Of a DNA stretch of 32,000 bases, positions 10,387 to 22,246 are shown piece by piece. The stretch lies in assembly GCF_000011805.1 (NCBI RefSeq), contig NC_006840.2. The stretch is one strand, 5' to 3'. Every line of letters begins with the position of its first letter. Position 1 is the stretch's first letter. Below the pieces are notes generated by a model that worked only from the letters and a program-made list of their open reading frames with translations, searched no databases and was not told where the DNA came from. This DNA comes from Aliivibrio fischeri ES114. GTDB lineage: Bacteria > Pseudomonadota > Gammaproteobacteria > Enterobacterales > Vibrionaceae. A program made the translations under genes and the position numbers.

Positions 10387-10480
10387 TTAATAACGTCCTC
10401 GTATCTAAGTTTCTAATTTCCAGTTTCTAAAATGTGACCATACACATATCTCATTAGATATATGGGTGATTACTCTGCTT

Positions 10481-11656
<1,176 letters not shown>

Positions 11657-11821
11657 CTACATTAATAACTACAAGTTAATGCGGCACCTCCATGTAAACT
11701 GATAAAGCAGTTAACATGGTCGAAAACGTCCTGTTTTCCTAAATATTTCACTGGCTCCGTGAGTGAAATGAATAATTATTTACCAGCCATAATAAACTAA
11801 CCGTGGCTAAAACAAGAATAA

Positions 11822-12874
11822 CTAGGCTGTTTTTTTCGTGATGAACATTGCATCACCGTAACTAAAGAAACGATATTTATTATTTACCGCTTGCTCATAC
11901 GCTTTCATTGTATTCTCGTAGCCTGCAAATGCACTTACTAGCATGATAAGTGTAGACTCAGGTAAGTGGAAGTTTGTCACCAAAGCGTCAACCACTTGAA
12001 ATTCGTAACCTGGGTAGATGAAAATTTCAGTATCATCAAAAAACGGCGCTAACTCTGTACCTTGTTTTAAGGCATGCTGCGCAGCACTTTCTAAAGAACG
12101 TACTGATGTAGTACCCACAGAAACTACTCGGCCACCACGCGCTTTTGTTGCGTTGATAGCATCGATAACTTCTTGGGAAACTTCTGCGTATTCAGAGTGC
12201 ATGTGGTGCTCTAAAATATTGTCCACACGAACGGGCTGGAATGTACCAGCACCAACATGAAGGGTTACGTAGGCAAATTCTACCCCTTTTGCCTTCATTT
12301 TCTCTAAAATCTCTGTATCAAAGTGTAAACCAGCGGTTGGAGCTGCTACAGCACCAGGCTTTTTGTTATAAACCGTTTGGTAGCGTTCTTTATCCGCATC
12401 TTCATCTGGACGATCGATATAAGGAGGAAGTGGCATGTGGCCAATTTCATCTAAAATATCTAAGACTTTCTTATCTGAAGTAAAACGAATCTCAAACAAG
12501 GTATCGTGACGAGCAACCATTTCAGCTTCATGTTCTTGGTTTTCACCCAATAAAAGCATGGTGCCTGGTTTTGGCGATTTAGAACAACGTACATGAGCCA
12601 AAACTGAATGTTCATCAAGAACACGTTCAACCAATACTTCTAATTTACCACCAGAAGCCTTCATACCGAACATACGAGCAGGGATCACTCGAGTATTGTT
12701 GAATACCAATAAATCACCAGCCTGAACTAAATCAAGAATATCAGTAAACTGCCCATCATTAAGTTCGCCACTATTGCCATTCAATTGTAATAGTCGGCTT
12801 GCTGTACGCTCAGGTTGCGGATAACGCGCAATAAGTTCATCAGGTAATTCAAAATGGAAATCGGATACTTGCAT
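11822..12874 (-). CDS. queA: S-adenosylmethionine:tRNA ribosyltransferase-isomerase
   Basis: [29 protein letters not shown]..., [48 protein letters not shown]. Confidence 0.97.
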   Translation of the reverse strand: MQVSDFHFELPDELIARYPQPERTASRLLQLNGNSGELNDGQFTDILDLVQAGDLLVFNNTRVIPARMFGMKASGGKLEVLVERVLDEHSVLAHVRCSKSPKPGTMLLLGENQEHEAEMVARHDTLFEIRFTSDKKVLDILDEIGHMPLPPYIDRPDEDADKERYQTVYNKKPGAVAAPTAGLHFDTEILEKMKAKGVEFAYVTLHVGAGTFQPVRVDNILEHHMHSEYAEVSQEVIDAINATKARGGRVVSVGTTSVRSLESAAQHALKQGTELAPFFDDTEIFIYPGYEFQVVDALVTNFHLPESTLIMLVSAFAGYENTMKAYEQAVNNKYRFFSYGDAMFITKKTA

Positions 12875-12908
12875 GGTTTACTTCTTCATCAAAAATGGCA
12901 GACAGAGT

Positions 12909-12936
12909 AGTATATTCACGCCCAGAGCAATAGCAA
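12909..12936 (-). promoter_or_regulatory. Candidate sigma70 promoter for queA
   Basis: Minus strand TTGCTA - 16 nt - TATACT, about 35 nt upstream of the queA ATG. Confidence 0.5.
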
Positions 12937-13106
12937 GGGATGAAGCTATATACCTCTCACTTTTTCAAAAAATAGGTCAAAATTGACCTCAAACAGAGAA
13001 AGTTTCATCAGTCTCTTTATGTAGTAAAAAATCTAGCTAGCTCGCACTTTTTTATTCTTTAGCATTCTATATTTAGATAAGGACAAAGAAATAGCAGGAG
13101 CATACT

Positions 13107-13550
13107 ATGTTTACCGTAAAAGACATGATGACGACACATCCTCATACCCTGCTTCGTTCACACTCTTTAGAAGATGCCAAAGCGTTAATGGACGAGCACT
13201 GTATTAGACACATTCCTATCGTCGATACTGACGGCGCTTTAATTGGGCTTGTTACTCAACGAGACTTACTTTCAGCTCAATCGTCATGCTTAGAAAAGCC
13301 CACTTTTGAAGAAGTATCTACCCTCGATATCCCATTAAACAGCATCATGCATGAAAATGTCATGAGCATTGCTCCATATGGCGGATTAAAAGAAGCGGCG
13401 CTGTTTATGCAAAAACATAAAGTTGGTTGCCTACCGGTTGTGGAACGTGGCAAATTGGTGGGAATTATTACTGATTCTGATTTTGTTTCTATCGCTATCA
13501 ATTTATTAGAGTTACAAGAAGAGGTTGATCCATTAGAGCTTGACGAATAA
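13107..13550 (+). CDS. CBS-domain-containing protein (two tandem CBS motifs)
   Basis: 147 aa: VKDMMTTHPHTLLRSHSLEDAKALMDEHCIRHIPIVDTDGALIGLVTQRDLL ... MHENVMSIAPYGGLKEAALFMQKHKVGCLPVVERGKLVGIITDSDFVSIA. Confidence 0.9.
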   Translation: MFTVKDMMTTHPHTLLRSHSLEDAKALMDEHCIRHIPIVDTDGALIGLVTQRDLLSAQSSCLEKPTFEEVSTLDIPLNSIMHENVMSIAPYGGLKEAALFMQKHKVGCLPVVERGKLVGIITDSDFVSIAINLLELQEEVDPLELDE

Positions 13551-13562
13551 CAGCCAAAAAGA

Positions 13563-13584
13563 AAGGGAGACTCCATTCTCCCTT
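13563..13584 (-). terminator. Terminator downstream of aceA (convergent with the CBS-domain gene)
   Basis: AAGGGAGA-ctccat-TCTCCCTT. The minus strand continues TCTTTTTGG, a usable U-tract. Confidence 0.7.
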
Positions 13585-13630
13585 CAAATCCAGCTAGTGC
13601 TATTTATTTTAATTATTAATTACTTAATTC

Positions 13631-14959
13631 CTATGCACTGGTTTTAAATTGCTCTTCTTCTGTCGATCCCGTAAGTGCGGTTACTGATGATTGACCACCT
13701 TGAATGGTATTTGTCATTTTATCAAAATATCCGGTACCAACTTCTTGTTGGTGCGCTACAAAAGTATAGCCTTTCTCTGCTGCTTCAAATTCTTTACGTT
13801 GAACCATTTCAACATAGTGACGCATGCCTTCACCTTGAGCATAAGAGTGAGCCAATTCAAACATGTTAAACCACATATTATGAATACCAGCGAGCGTGAT
13901 GAATTGGTACTTATATCCCATATCCGCCAACTCTTGTTGGAATTTCGCAATCGTCTCTGAATCCAGATTTTTCTCCCAGTTAAATGATGGAGAACAGTTA
14001 TAAGCTAATAGCTGATTTGGGTATTTTGCATGAATTGCTTCTGCAAATTTACGTGCTTCTTCCAAACAAGGTGTCGCCGTTTCACACCACACAAGATCCG
14101 CATAAGGAGAATAAGCCAATCCTCTTGATATTGCCTGATCAATCCCCGCCGTTACTTTATAAAAACCTTCAGGTGTTCGCTCACCTTCAATGAACTCTTG
14201 ATCGTATGGATCACAATCTGATGTCAGCAAATCAGCCGCATTAGCATCGGTTCTAGCAATTACAAGTGTTCGGGTTCCGGCTACATCAGCAGCAAGACGA
14301 GCTGCTACCAACTTTTGCACCGCTTCTTGCGTTGGTACCAACACCTTCCCCCCCATATGACCGCACTTTTTCACTGACGCTAATTGATCTTCAAAGTGAA
14401 CGCCTGCAGCACCGGCTTCAATCATATTACGCATCAATTCATAACCATTAAGCACACCACCAAATCCCGCTTCTGCATCCGCTACAATAGGCAAAAAGTA
14501 ATCAATTCCCTCTTCAGGAGTTCCACCTGTAGACCATTGAATTTGGTCTGCTCGACGAAATGCATTATTAATTCGTTTCACTACCGATGGCACTGAATCT
14601 ACCGGATACAAAGATTGGTCTGGGTACATGGTTGATGCGGTATTATTATCCGCAGCTACTTGCCAACCTGACAGGTAAATAGCCTCAATTCCTGCTTTTG
14701 CTTGCTGGACTGCTTGTCCACCAGTCAACGCACCAAGACAATTCACATACCCTTTTTTAGAAGAACCATTGACTAGGTCCCACAATCTGTCTGCACCCTT
14801 TTGTGCAATGGTATTTTCTGGAGCAAAAGATCCACGAAGATTAATTACTTCTTCAGCCGTATAAGGACGAGTTACCCCATCCCAACGCGGATTTTCAGCC
14901 CAATCTTTTTCCAGTGCATCAATTTGCTGTTGGCGAGTTTGTGGTTTAAATGTCGTCAT
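13631..14959 (-). CDS. aceA: Isocitrate lyase
   Basis: [64 protein letters not shown] (KKCGH signature). Confidence 0.98.
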   Translation of the reverse strand: MTTFKPQTRQQQIDALEKDWAENPRWDGVTRPYTAEEVINLRGSFAPENTIAQKGADRLWDLVNGSSKKGYVNCLGALTGGQAVQQAKAGIEAIYLSGWQVAADNNTASTMYPDQSLYPVDSVPSVVKRINNAFRRADQIQWSTGGTPEEGIDYFLPIVADAEAGFGGVLNGYELMRNMIEAGAAGVHFEDQLASVKKCGHMGGKVLVPTQEAVQKLVAARLAADVAGTRTLVIARTDANAADLLTSDCDPYDQEFIEGERTPEGFYKVTAGIDQAISRGLAYSPYADLVWCETATPCLEEARKFAEAIHAKYPNQLLAYNCSPSFNWEKNLDSETIAKFQQELADMGYKYQFITLAGIHNMWFNMFELAHSYAQGEGMRHYVEMVQRKEFEAAEKGYTFVAHQQEVGTGYFDKMTNTIQGGQSSVTALTGSTEEEQFKTSA

Positions 14960-14973
14960 AATCGTTCCCTCTC

Positions 14974-16578
14974 TTATAGGTATTGGTAGCCAGGTAGTGT
15001 TAAAAAGTCCGTAAGTTGATCACTGGTGGTTAGTTGCTCCATCAGCTTTGCAGCTTGAGTAAATTGGCCAGAATCAAAACGCTCTGTTCCCAACTCTTTC
15101 TCTATTACTTTCATCTCTTCCAGTAACATGGTTCTGAATAGTTCAGCAGTAACAACTGCACCACTATCTAGTGTTTTGCCATGTTGTATCCATTGCCAAA
15201 TAGACGTTCGTGATATTTCTGCGGTAGCCGCATCTTCCATTAATCCGTAAATAGGCACGCAGCCATTTCCTGATATCCAAGCTTCAATGTATTGCACTGC
15301 AACTCGAATGTTATGACGCATTCCTTCTTCTGTTCTTTCTCCTTCACATGGTGCCAGTAATTCCTCTGCAGTAATTGGCGCATCAGTATCTCGTGTAATA
15401 TCCAGTTGATTCATTCGTTCACCTAATACTGAATCAAACTCTACTCTTGCCGTATCAGCTAAGCCAGGATGAGCGACCCAAGTACCATCATGTCCGTTAC
15501 CGGCTTCTAATGATTTATCGGTTTGAATTTTATTTAGTACCCAGTCATTTTTTACTGGATCTTTTGATGGGATAAAGGCGGCCATTCCCCCCATCGCAAA
15601 TGCTCCTCTTCTGTGGCATGTTCGAATGAGTAATCGTGAATACGCATTGAGAAACGGTTTTTCCATGGTCACCACTTGGCGATCCGGTAATACACGGTCT
15701 GGGTGATTTTTTAATGTTTTGATGTAGCTGAAGATATAATCCCAACGTCCACAATTCAGTCCAACAATATGCTCTTTTAAGCTATATAGAATTTCATCCA
15801 TCTCAAATACAGCAGGTAATGTTTCAATAAGAACAGTGGCTTTAATTGTTCCCTGCTTTAATCCGAATTCACGTTCAGCAAAACTGAACACATCACTCCA
15901 CCACGCCGCTTCTTGATACGCCTGCAACTTAGGTAAATAAAAATATGGGCCGCTGCCTTTTTTTAAAGACGTTTGATAGTTGTGATAAAAATAAAGAGCA
16001 AAATCAAACAAAGCTCCAGGTATTGCAACACCATTAAATAGCACGTGCTTTTCAGGAAGGTGCAAACCGCGAACTCGACAAATCAATACCGCAGGATCTT
16101 GCTTTAGTTGATACACTTTTTGAGTTTTGGGGTTGGTATATTGAATCGTGCCATTCATGGCATCTCTTAGATTAATCTGACCATTAAGTACAGCCTCCCA
16201 TGATGGTGCTAATGAATCTTCAAAATCTGCCATAAACACTTTTACATTGGCATTAAGTGCGTTAATCACCATTTTTCTATCTGTTGGGCCAGTAATTTCT
16301 ACTCGGCGATCTTGTAAATCTGCAGGAATACCTTGGATACTCCACTCTGATTCTCGAATAGAACGCGTTTCACTTAAGAAATTAGGCAATTTCCCTGCGT
16401 CTATTTTTTTCTGGCGCAGCTGACGAGTTTCTAAAAGCTCAGGAATCCGGTGTGCAAATTTTTCGACAACATGAGTAAGAAATCGAACAGCACCTGCAGT
16501 TAACACCTCTTCAACTTGAGGCAAATGCGGTTTAGTAATGGTTATTTGTTGTTCTTTAATTGTCATGGTATCAGTCAT
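14974..16578 (-). CDS. aceB: Malate synthase A
   Basis: [85 protein letters not shown] precedes the ATG at 16578, so the start is placed there rather than at 16596. Confidence 0.96.
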   Translation of the reverse strand: MTDTMTIKEQQITITKPHLPQVEEVLTAGAVRFLTHVVEKFAHRIPELLETRQLRQKKIDAGKLPNFLSETRSIRESEWSIQGIPADLQDRRVEITGPTDRKMVINALNANVKVFMADFEDSLAPSWEAVLNGQINLRDAMNGTIQYTNPKTQKVYQLKQDPAVLICRVRGLHLPEKHVLFNGVAIPGALFDFALYFYHNYQTSLKKGSGPYFYLPKLQAYQEAAWWSDVFSFAEREFGLKQGTIKATVLIETLPAVFEMDEILYSLKEHIVGLNCGRWDYIFSYIKTLKNHPDRVLPDRQVVTMEKPFLNAYSRLLIRTCHRRGAFAMGGMAAFIPSKDPVKNDWVLNKIQTDKSLEAGNGHDGTWVAHPGLADTARVEFDSVLGERMNQLDITRDTDAPITAEELLAPCEGERTEEGMRHNIRVAVQYIEAWISGNGCVPIYGLMEDAATAEISRTSIWQWIQHGKTLDSGAVVTAELFRTMLLEEMKVIEKELGTERFDSGQFTQAAKLMEQLTTSDQLTDFLTLPGYQYL

Positions 16579-16775
16579 AGTTTGCGCCTCCGGCAAAATT
16601 ACATTTGTAACTAAAACACTACGATTTAGTATTCATGTATCATCCTGTGGGTTACTTTTCTTGCTTACGCTTATTACATTCTCGAAAGTCGGAATCAATT
16701 ACAACCCCGACCAAAGGCTAATAAAGACTCGAAAAGCCGATAAAACATCAGTAAAAACCCGTAAATTGAATTATG

Positions 16776-16804
16776 AGTAAATGCTCTATAGATATAATTG
16801 TCAA
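16776..16804 (-). promoter_or_regulatory. Candidate sigma70 promoter for aceBA
   Basis: Minus strand TTGACA - 17 nt - TTTACT, about 190 nt upstream of aceB. Confidence 0.45.
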
Positions 16805-17103
16805 AATTTAATTTTTACAATCAAGCAACATTAAAACGCTCAAAAGATCTAAAAATTACGTAATTAAATTACAAAAAATAAAGTTGTAAAATTTAACATG
16901 TAAAATTCACAGTTTTAATTTCATAAGTAAAACAGCAGGATAGAAGTGAATATTATAAAAGGAGGTGTCACAACCTAAGCGCACAAGTTAGAAGTGATGA
17001 CTGACAACAAGAAGAGATAAAACAAACTGATTTGAAGTAATATTATTTAAATATAAAGAAGTGAGAATGCGATCACGATTTTCTTTCATTATTCAAAAGT
17101 AGA

Positions 17104-17137
17104 AAGGCGACTATTTATAAAAATAAATAATCGCCTT
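17104..17137 (-). terminator. Long hairpin immediately downstream of oxyR
   Basis: Minus strand AAGGCGATTATTTAT-TTTT-ATAAATAGTCGCCTT; continuous 15-bp stem with one G-U. Confidence 0.7.
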
Positions 17138-17152
17138 GTATCAAGAAATTCA

Positions 17153-18052
17153 CTATAAAATATCTTCGACAATATCAGCTAACTGATGAAACGCCTGCAA
17201 ACGAGAAGAGCTTGGGCGCCATACTAAACCAATATCACGTGATGCTTCTTGGCCTGGCGGCTCAACGACAACTAAATTTTGATTATCGAGTAATCCATGC
17301 TTAATCGCCATTTGAGGAATAAAAGTAGTACCCAACCCATTGGCAACCATCTGTACTAATGTATGCAAGCTTGTCGCGGTGAATGGATTAATTTTTTCTC
17401 GCTTCGTTAACTTACACGCTGAAACAGCATGTTCTGTTAAGCAATGCTCTTTCTCTAGTAAGAACACAAACTCATCAGGCAAATCATCATAGCGGATAGG
17501 CGTAGAAATAGAACTCGCTTGGTCTTTACTAATTACCATTTTAAATGGGTCTTGACCAACAACCAGACTTTCCATTCCTGCAATATCAACAGGAAGAGCA
17601 AGAATCAATACATCTAATTGCCCTTGTCTTAATGCCGCTAATAGATTCGTCGTCGTATCTTCTCTTAGTAATAGAGTGAGTTGAGGGTATTTTTCATTCA
17701 CCTCTTGCACTAAGTCACATAATAAAAAAGGCGCAATAGTCGGTATGCAGCCAACACGTAATTGACCTTGCATTGAATCACCTTGACATAAAGACCCTAG
17801 CTCAATCAGGTCTTGGCCTTTTGCCAACAATTCTCGTCCTTGCTCTACGACTCTTTCACCTACTGGGGTAAAAACAAGTGTTTTTTTATCTCTTTCATAT
17901 AATGTACAACCGATCAACTCTTCAAGGTTTTGTATCCCTTTACTCAGGGTTGATTGGCTAACAAAACATTTTTCTGCAGCTTCACCAAAATGACGCGTTT
18001 CGTGCAGAGTAATGAAGTAGTGTAGCTGTTTTAATGAGGGCCATTTATTCAT
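17153..18052 (-). CDS. oxyR: LysR-family hydrogen peroxide-responsive regulator OxyR
   Basis: 299 aa, HTH HFGEAAEKCFVSQSTLSKGIQNLEELIG, and LEKEHCLTEHAVSAC with cysteines spaced like the OxyR redox pair; divergent from a peroxiredoxin gene. Confidence 0.9.
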   Translation of the reverse strand: MNKWPSLKQLHYFITLHETRHFGEAAEKCFVSQSTLSKGIQNLEELIGCTLYERDKKTLVFTPVGERVVEQGRELLAKGQDLIELGSLCQGDSMQGQLRVGCIPTIAPFLLCDLVQEVNEKYPQLTLLLREDTTTNLLAALRQGQLDVLILALPVDIAGMESLVVGQDPFKMVISKDQASSISTPIRYDDLPDEFVFLLEKEHCLTEHAVSACKLTKREKINPFTATSLHTLVQMVANGLGTTFIPQMAIKHGLLDNQNLVVVEPPGQEASRDIGLVWRPSSSRLQAFHQLADIVEDIL

Positions 18053-18197
18053 CGCTTTTCTCGATTACATCAATCTATTTAATTCGCTTTTTTCAATCAT
18101 ACCTTTTGTACTATAGTTTGTCCCGTCGAAACATTTGTTATGAAAAAACAAAGCCAAACAAGAAGTTTGGATATCTAACTTTTTAGGAGATTCAAAA

Positions 18198-18806
18198 ATG
18201 GTACTAGTAGGTCGTCAAGCACCAGACTTTACTGCTGCAGCTGTTCTAGGTAACGGTGAAATCGTTGATAACTTCAACTTCGCAGAATTCACTAAAGGTA
18301 AGAAAGCGGTAGTATTTTTCTACCCACTAGACTTCACTTTCGTTTGTCCATCAGAGCTAATCGCTTTTGACAACCGTCTAGAAGATTTCCAAGCGAAAGG
18401 CGTTGAAGTAATCGGTGTTTCTATCGATTCTCAATTCTCTCACAACGCATGGCGTAACACTGCTATCGAAGATGGCGGTATCGGTCAAGTTAAGTACCCT
18501 CTAGTTGCTGACGTTAAGCACGAAATCTGTAAAGCATACGACGTTGAGCACCCAGAAGCTGGTGTTGCTTTCCGTGGTTCTTTCCTAATCGATGCAGATG
18601 GTCTTGTTCGTCACCAAGTAGTTAACGACCTTCCACTAGGCCGTAACATTGACGAAATGCTACGCATGGTAGACGCACTAAACTTCCACGAGAAGAACGG
18701 TGAAGTTTGTCCAGCACAATGGGAAGAAGGCAAAGCAGGTATGGACGCATCTCCAAAAGGTGTTGCATCGTTCCTATCTGAACACGCTGACGACCTAAGC
18801 AAGTAA
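18198..18806 (+). CDS. Typical 2-Cys peroxiredoxin (AhpC/TSA family)
   Basis: VGRQAPDFTAAAVLGNGE, FFYPLDFTFVCPSELIAF, DSQFSHNAWRNT, GGIGQVKYPLVAD, FRGSFLIDADGLVRHQVVNDLPLGRNIDEMLRMVDAL, HEKNGEVCPAQWEEGK. AGGAG SD upstream. Confidence 0.95.
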   Translation: MVLVGRQAPDFTAAAVLGNGEIVDNFNFAEFTKGKKAVVFFYPLDFTFVCPSELIAFDNRLEDFQAKGVEVIGVSIDSQFSHNAWRNTAIEDGGIGQVKYPLVADVKHEICKAYDVEHPEAGVAFRGSFLIDADGLVRHQVVNDLPLGRNIDEMLRMVDALNFHEKNGEVCPAQWEEGKAGMDASPKGVASFLSEHADDLSK

Positions 18807-18925
18807 TTCTATTAGAGCTCTTACCACAAAGAGCTCGATGCACCTAATGCTCAACGGTGCATGTGGCTAGAATATTAAAAGCATATAAATGCGACAGCCA
18901 AAAATCAGAAAGTTTGCCTAATACT

Positions 18926-18955
18926 AAAAGCCCTAAAGTTATCTTTAGGGCTTTT
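18926..18955 (+). terminator. Intrinsic terminator downstream of the peroxiredoxin gene
   Basis: AAAAGCCCTAAAG-TTAT-CTTTAGGGCTTTT, 13-bp perfect stem, then CTTTG. Confidence 0.9.
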
Positions 18956-19086
18956 CTTTGTTTTCAGCAAAATTACACATTTATCCCTTATTAACTCTAA
19001 TATAGATTCAATTCTGACGCCCTCTTCACACTACTTTCTTGGTTTATCCCTTACACTACAAGTATCTTTTTTTATATTTTTATATC

Positions 19087-19830
19087 ATGTCTATTCAAAT
19101 TGAAGTCTGTATCGACAACCTAGAATCTCTACATAACGCAATAGCAGGTGGAGCAGATCGCATTGAACTTTGCTCTTCTTTAGCTCTTGGTGGCTTAACT
19201 CCAAGCTTTGGCTTTATGAAAAAAGCCGCTGAAATCTCCCCTATTCCTGTCTATGCAATGATAAGACCTCGCCAAGGTGATTTCTTATATGATAACGATG
19301 ATATATCAGCCATGATTTCTGATATCCAAGCGGCTAAATTAGCAGGCTTACAGGGCGTTGTATTTGGCGTATTAAAAGCCAATGGCGACATTGACATGCC
19401 ACTTTCAGCTCGTTTAATGAAAATAGCTAACGATAATGATTTAGGCGTGACTTTTCATCGTGCTATAGACCAATGTTCTAACTATAAAAAAGCGATTGAG
19501 AATATTGCAGAACTTGGCTGTGAACGCATTCTAACCTCAGGGTTAGCAGCGAATGCCTATGATGGGATAAATGTACTAGCAGATATGGTTAAACTCGCCA
19601 ATGGACGTTTTGATATATTAGCTGGTGCAGGTGTCACCGCAGAAAATGCAAAAGAAATAATAGAGAAAACAGGTGTGAAAGAGATTCACTTATCAGGTAA
19701 GTCCACACGACCAAGTAAAATGAAACTGGTTTTAGATGGAGTGAAAATGGGTGCCGGTGATTTGGATGATTTTATTGTCCCAGTGACGGACTCTAAAAAA
19801 ATTGATGCCGTTAAGCAGCGCATAAAATAA
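19087..19830 (+). CDS. cutC: CutC family protein (copper homeostasis family, TIM barrel)
   Basis: [49 protein letters not shown]...[19 protein letters not shown]..., [20 protein letters not shown]. Start placed at the second Met of the track ORF. Confidence 0.93.
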
Positions 19831-19836
19831 AAATAA

Positions 19837-19866
19837 AAAAGCCAGAGTACAAAAACTCTGGCTTTT
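19837..19866. terminator. Bidirectional terminator between cutC and the OB-fold gene
   Basis: AAAAGCCAGAGT-acaaaa-ACTCTGGCTTTT. Confidence 0.88.
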
Positions 19867-19886
19867 ATAAGTAAAATAACGAGTAA

Positions 19887-20249
19887 TTATTTAGCTAATT
19901 GAACTGTATTTACGTCAATTGTTGTCTCAGTCCACTCTTTATCCACTTCACCATGAATAACTAATTTCGTTTCTGGTGTAGCTTCAATACCATTCCAGTC
20001 TTTATTATCAATCTCGATTCTCACTTCACCCGTCGCATCTTTAAATTGATATTCTTCATTACCTAAAGAAGACGTAATGTAGCCAGTTAATACAACCGCA
20101 GCATCATCATCAGAATCAAGTGCAGCTCGAACCGTACTAACAGAAACTGAACTAGGGCCAGTAAAGCCACCTTTAACTGGTGCGTTCTGAGCAGCAAAAA
20201 CACTTGAAGAAGCGAAAACTAATGCACTAACTAATACGATTTTTTTCAT
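19887..20249 (-). CDS. YgiW/YdeI-type periplasmic OB-fold stress protein
   Basis: 120 aa with signal peptide MKKIVLVSALVFASSSVFA, then GGFTGPSSVSVSTVRAALDSDDDAAVVLTGYITSSLGNEEYQFKDATGEVRIEIDNKDWNG, typical of this family. Confidence 0.85.
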   Translation of the reverse strand: MKKIVLVSALVFASSSVFAAQNAPVKGGFTGPSSVSVSTVRAALDSDDDAAVVLTGYITSSLGNEEYQFKDATGEVRIEIDNKDWNGIEATPETKLVIHGEVDKEWTETTIDVNTVQLAK

Positions 20250-20305
20250 TTTATTATGTCCAATTAACTTAGATTTGTAATCTTTAACTATTCGATGGAG
20301 CTATA

Positions 20306-20941
20306 TTAAAAGTAGTAAGCTGAACTCAACATGAACGAAGTAGAATTAGCAATACTATCTACTTGGTAGCTTGCTGAAGCACCTAAAGCAAGGTTAGGAA
20401 TTACCATGTATTCAATGCCAACGCTTGCAATACCACCGAATACGCTTTCAGATTTTGAATCACCAGCAACATAATCTTGTGTGAATTCATGATCTGTTAG
20501 GTCATTTTCATATTCAGTATTCGCAGATGAATCAAATTTATATTGAGTATAAGTCAAACCTAAGCCTGTTTTTAATTGTACTTTTTCATTGATGTTATAA
20601 AAATACACAGGTTTAAAGGTAAATTGAGTTGCATCTAAATCAGCATCCCACTCACGCTCTTTAGTATAACCAGGTTTATCAGACACTAGCATTTGACTAC
20701 GAGAATCATCACTCTCAAATTTTTTGTAGCCGAACTCAAGGCCAAATTCATTAAAACGATAGCCAACAAAACCACCAAAAGCAGAACTAGAATCATCAGG
20801 AGTTAATGACACATTGTCATTTGAAAAAGTTGTTGAGTAATCATGACTCATGTTTGTTAGGCCGTATTCTAAACCTACATATGGGGCAGCAATTGTTGCT
20901 GTTGAAGTGGCAGCCATTAGCAAAAATAAATACTTTTTCAT
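20306..20941 (-). CDS. Outer-membrane beta-barrel protein (OmpA-like/OMP_b-brl)
   Basis: Signal peptide MKKYLFLLMAATSTATIAA, alternating amphipathic strands (FGGFVGYRFNEFGLEFGYKKF, FKPVYFYNINEKVQLKTGLGLTYTQYKF, IPNLALGASASYQV), C-terminal aromatic (YYF). Confidence 0.8.
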   Translation of the reverse strand: MKKYLFLLMAATSTATIAAPYVGLEYGLTNMSHDYSTTFSNDNVSLTPDDSSSAFGGFVGYRFNEFGLEFGYKKFESDDSRSQMLVSDKPGYTKEREWDADLDATQFTFKPVYFYNINEKVQLKTGLGLTYTQYKFDSSANTEYENDLTDHEFTQDYVAGDSKSESVFGGIASVGIEYMVIPNLALGASASYQVDSIANSTSFMLSSAYYF

Positions 20942-21248
20942 TGTAATTCAATCCTATAGTTATGATGTTGAGCTTGGTGTTAATTCGTTAATGTCGCTAC
21001 TATAAAGAAGAGATCGTGAAGAAAGTGTGAAGAACACCTTCATATAGATTTACAATTCATAATTACATTCATTTTGAATACTTTTACAGCCGCAATAAAC
21101 TACAGGATAGCAATAAGGCGAAATTTATTTTCCTTACTAATTCAATACGATAGTAATAAACTTACTCTTGGTCTTAAGTAATAATATAAGTACTATAGAA
21201 AGAGACTTAAAAAAGCACACCAAATTATTTATAAGGAAATAAGTAAAT

Positions 21249-22178
21249 ATGGCAAAAGATCTATTCGCAACATTGGATTTAAATTTGCTGAGAACATTTT
21301 TAATTCTTTCTCAAGAATTGAATATGCGAAAAGCCTCTGAACGCTTATTTGTCTCTCAACCGGCAATTAGCCAAGCATTGCAAAAATTGCGAAATCACTT
21401 CAATGATGAGCTGTTTATTAAAGTTCGCCATGGCCTTAAACCAACCCCCTTTGCCGAAGAATTAGCGGAAAATATCCAACCTTATTTAGATGGTCTATCG
21501 TCGGTATTAAATGCATCACAAGAATTCCAACCAGAAAATTTAAATAAGACATTGAAAATTGCTTTAGCACCTCAAGTATTAACCTGTTTATCTGGTGCTT
21601 TATTTCATGAGGTCAGAGAAAAAGCACCTAATGTTGATTTACAACTGGTCAATTGGTCAGAATCTACTTTTGATGATTTGAGCAAGGGTAAATTAGATAT
21701 CGCAATCAGTTACGAATATGACAAATTTCCTAAAGAGTTACTTTCAAAAAGTCTAATAACAATAACTGGATGCGTCATTGTTAGAAAAGATCACCCAATA
21801 GAAAAAATGATTGCAACACCATATGACTTTGAAGGATATGAACTGGCTTCTTTAATTATTCCTGGTTGGAACGATAACAAAAGTTTAGCAAGTGAGCTTC
21901 TAACCAAGATGAATATTGAACATAAGATAGGGTTTCGTTCAGAGCTACCAATGGCGCTAGTTGATGTTGTTCAGCATACAGACATGTATTTCCCTTCCAC
22001 CTCCTTATTTCCAATTCATCAATACTCAGGTTTAAGACGAATCGATTTATCTCTTGATGATGTGCCATTAAATTACCCAATCTATAGCTATTTCCACCAA
22101 AGACATAAAAAAAATGCACTGCACGCTTGGGTTAATCAGCTTATTACGAATTTATTATCAGAAGCAAATATCAAATAA
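21249..22178 (+). CDS. LysR-family transcriptional regulator
   Basis: N-terminal wHTH DLNLLRTFLILSQELNMRKASERLFVSQPAISQALQKLRNHFNDELFIKVRHGLKPTPFAEEL and a substrate-binding domain. Confidence 0.92.
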   Translation: MAKDLFATLDLNLLRTFLILSQELNMRKASERLFVSQPAISQALQKLRNHFNDELFIKVRHGLKPTPFAEELAENIQPYLDGLSSVLNASQEFQPENLNKTLKIALAPQVLTCLSGALFHEVREKAPNVDLQLVNWSESTFDDLSKGKLDIAISYEYDKFPKELLSKSLITITGCVIVRKDHPIEKMIATPYDFEGYELASLIIPGWNDNKSLASELLTKMNIEHKIGFRSELPMALVDVVQHTDMYFPSTSLFPIHQYSGLRRIDLSLDDVPLNYPIYSYFHQRHKKNALHAWVNQLITNLLSEANIK

Positions 22179-22246
22179 GTATGCCTTATGAGCTACATAA
22201 TGAAAGATGATTGGTTCACTATCATAAGTATTTATATTATCTAAAC

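Noticed and set aside
13277-14596. ORFs antisense to or overlapping the CBS gene and aceA (13277..13576, 13675..13869, 13691..13960, 13756..13950, 13984..14193, 14266..14451, 14384..14596)
   Set aside because: Fully overlapping strongly supported genes; no signal of independent coding.
16538-16780. Plus-strand 80-aa ORF across the aceB start and leader
   Set aside because: No SD and antisense to aceB and its UTR. Hydrophobic composition alone is not sufficient evidence; it is more likely chance.
21856-22119. 87-aa minus ORF inside the LysR gene
   Set aside because: Shadow ORF of a well-supported LysR coding sequence.
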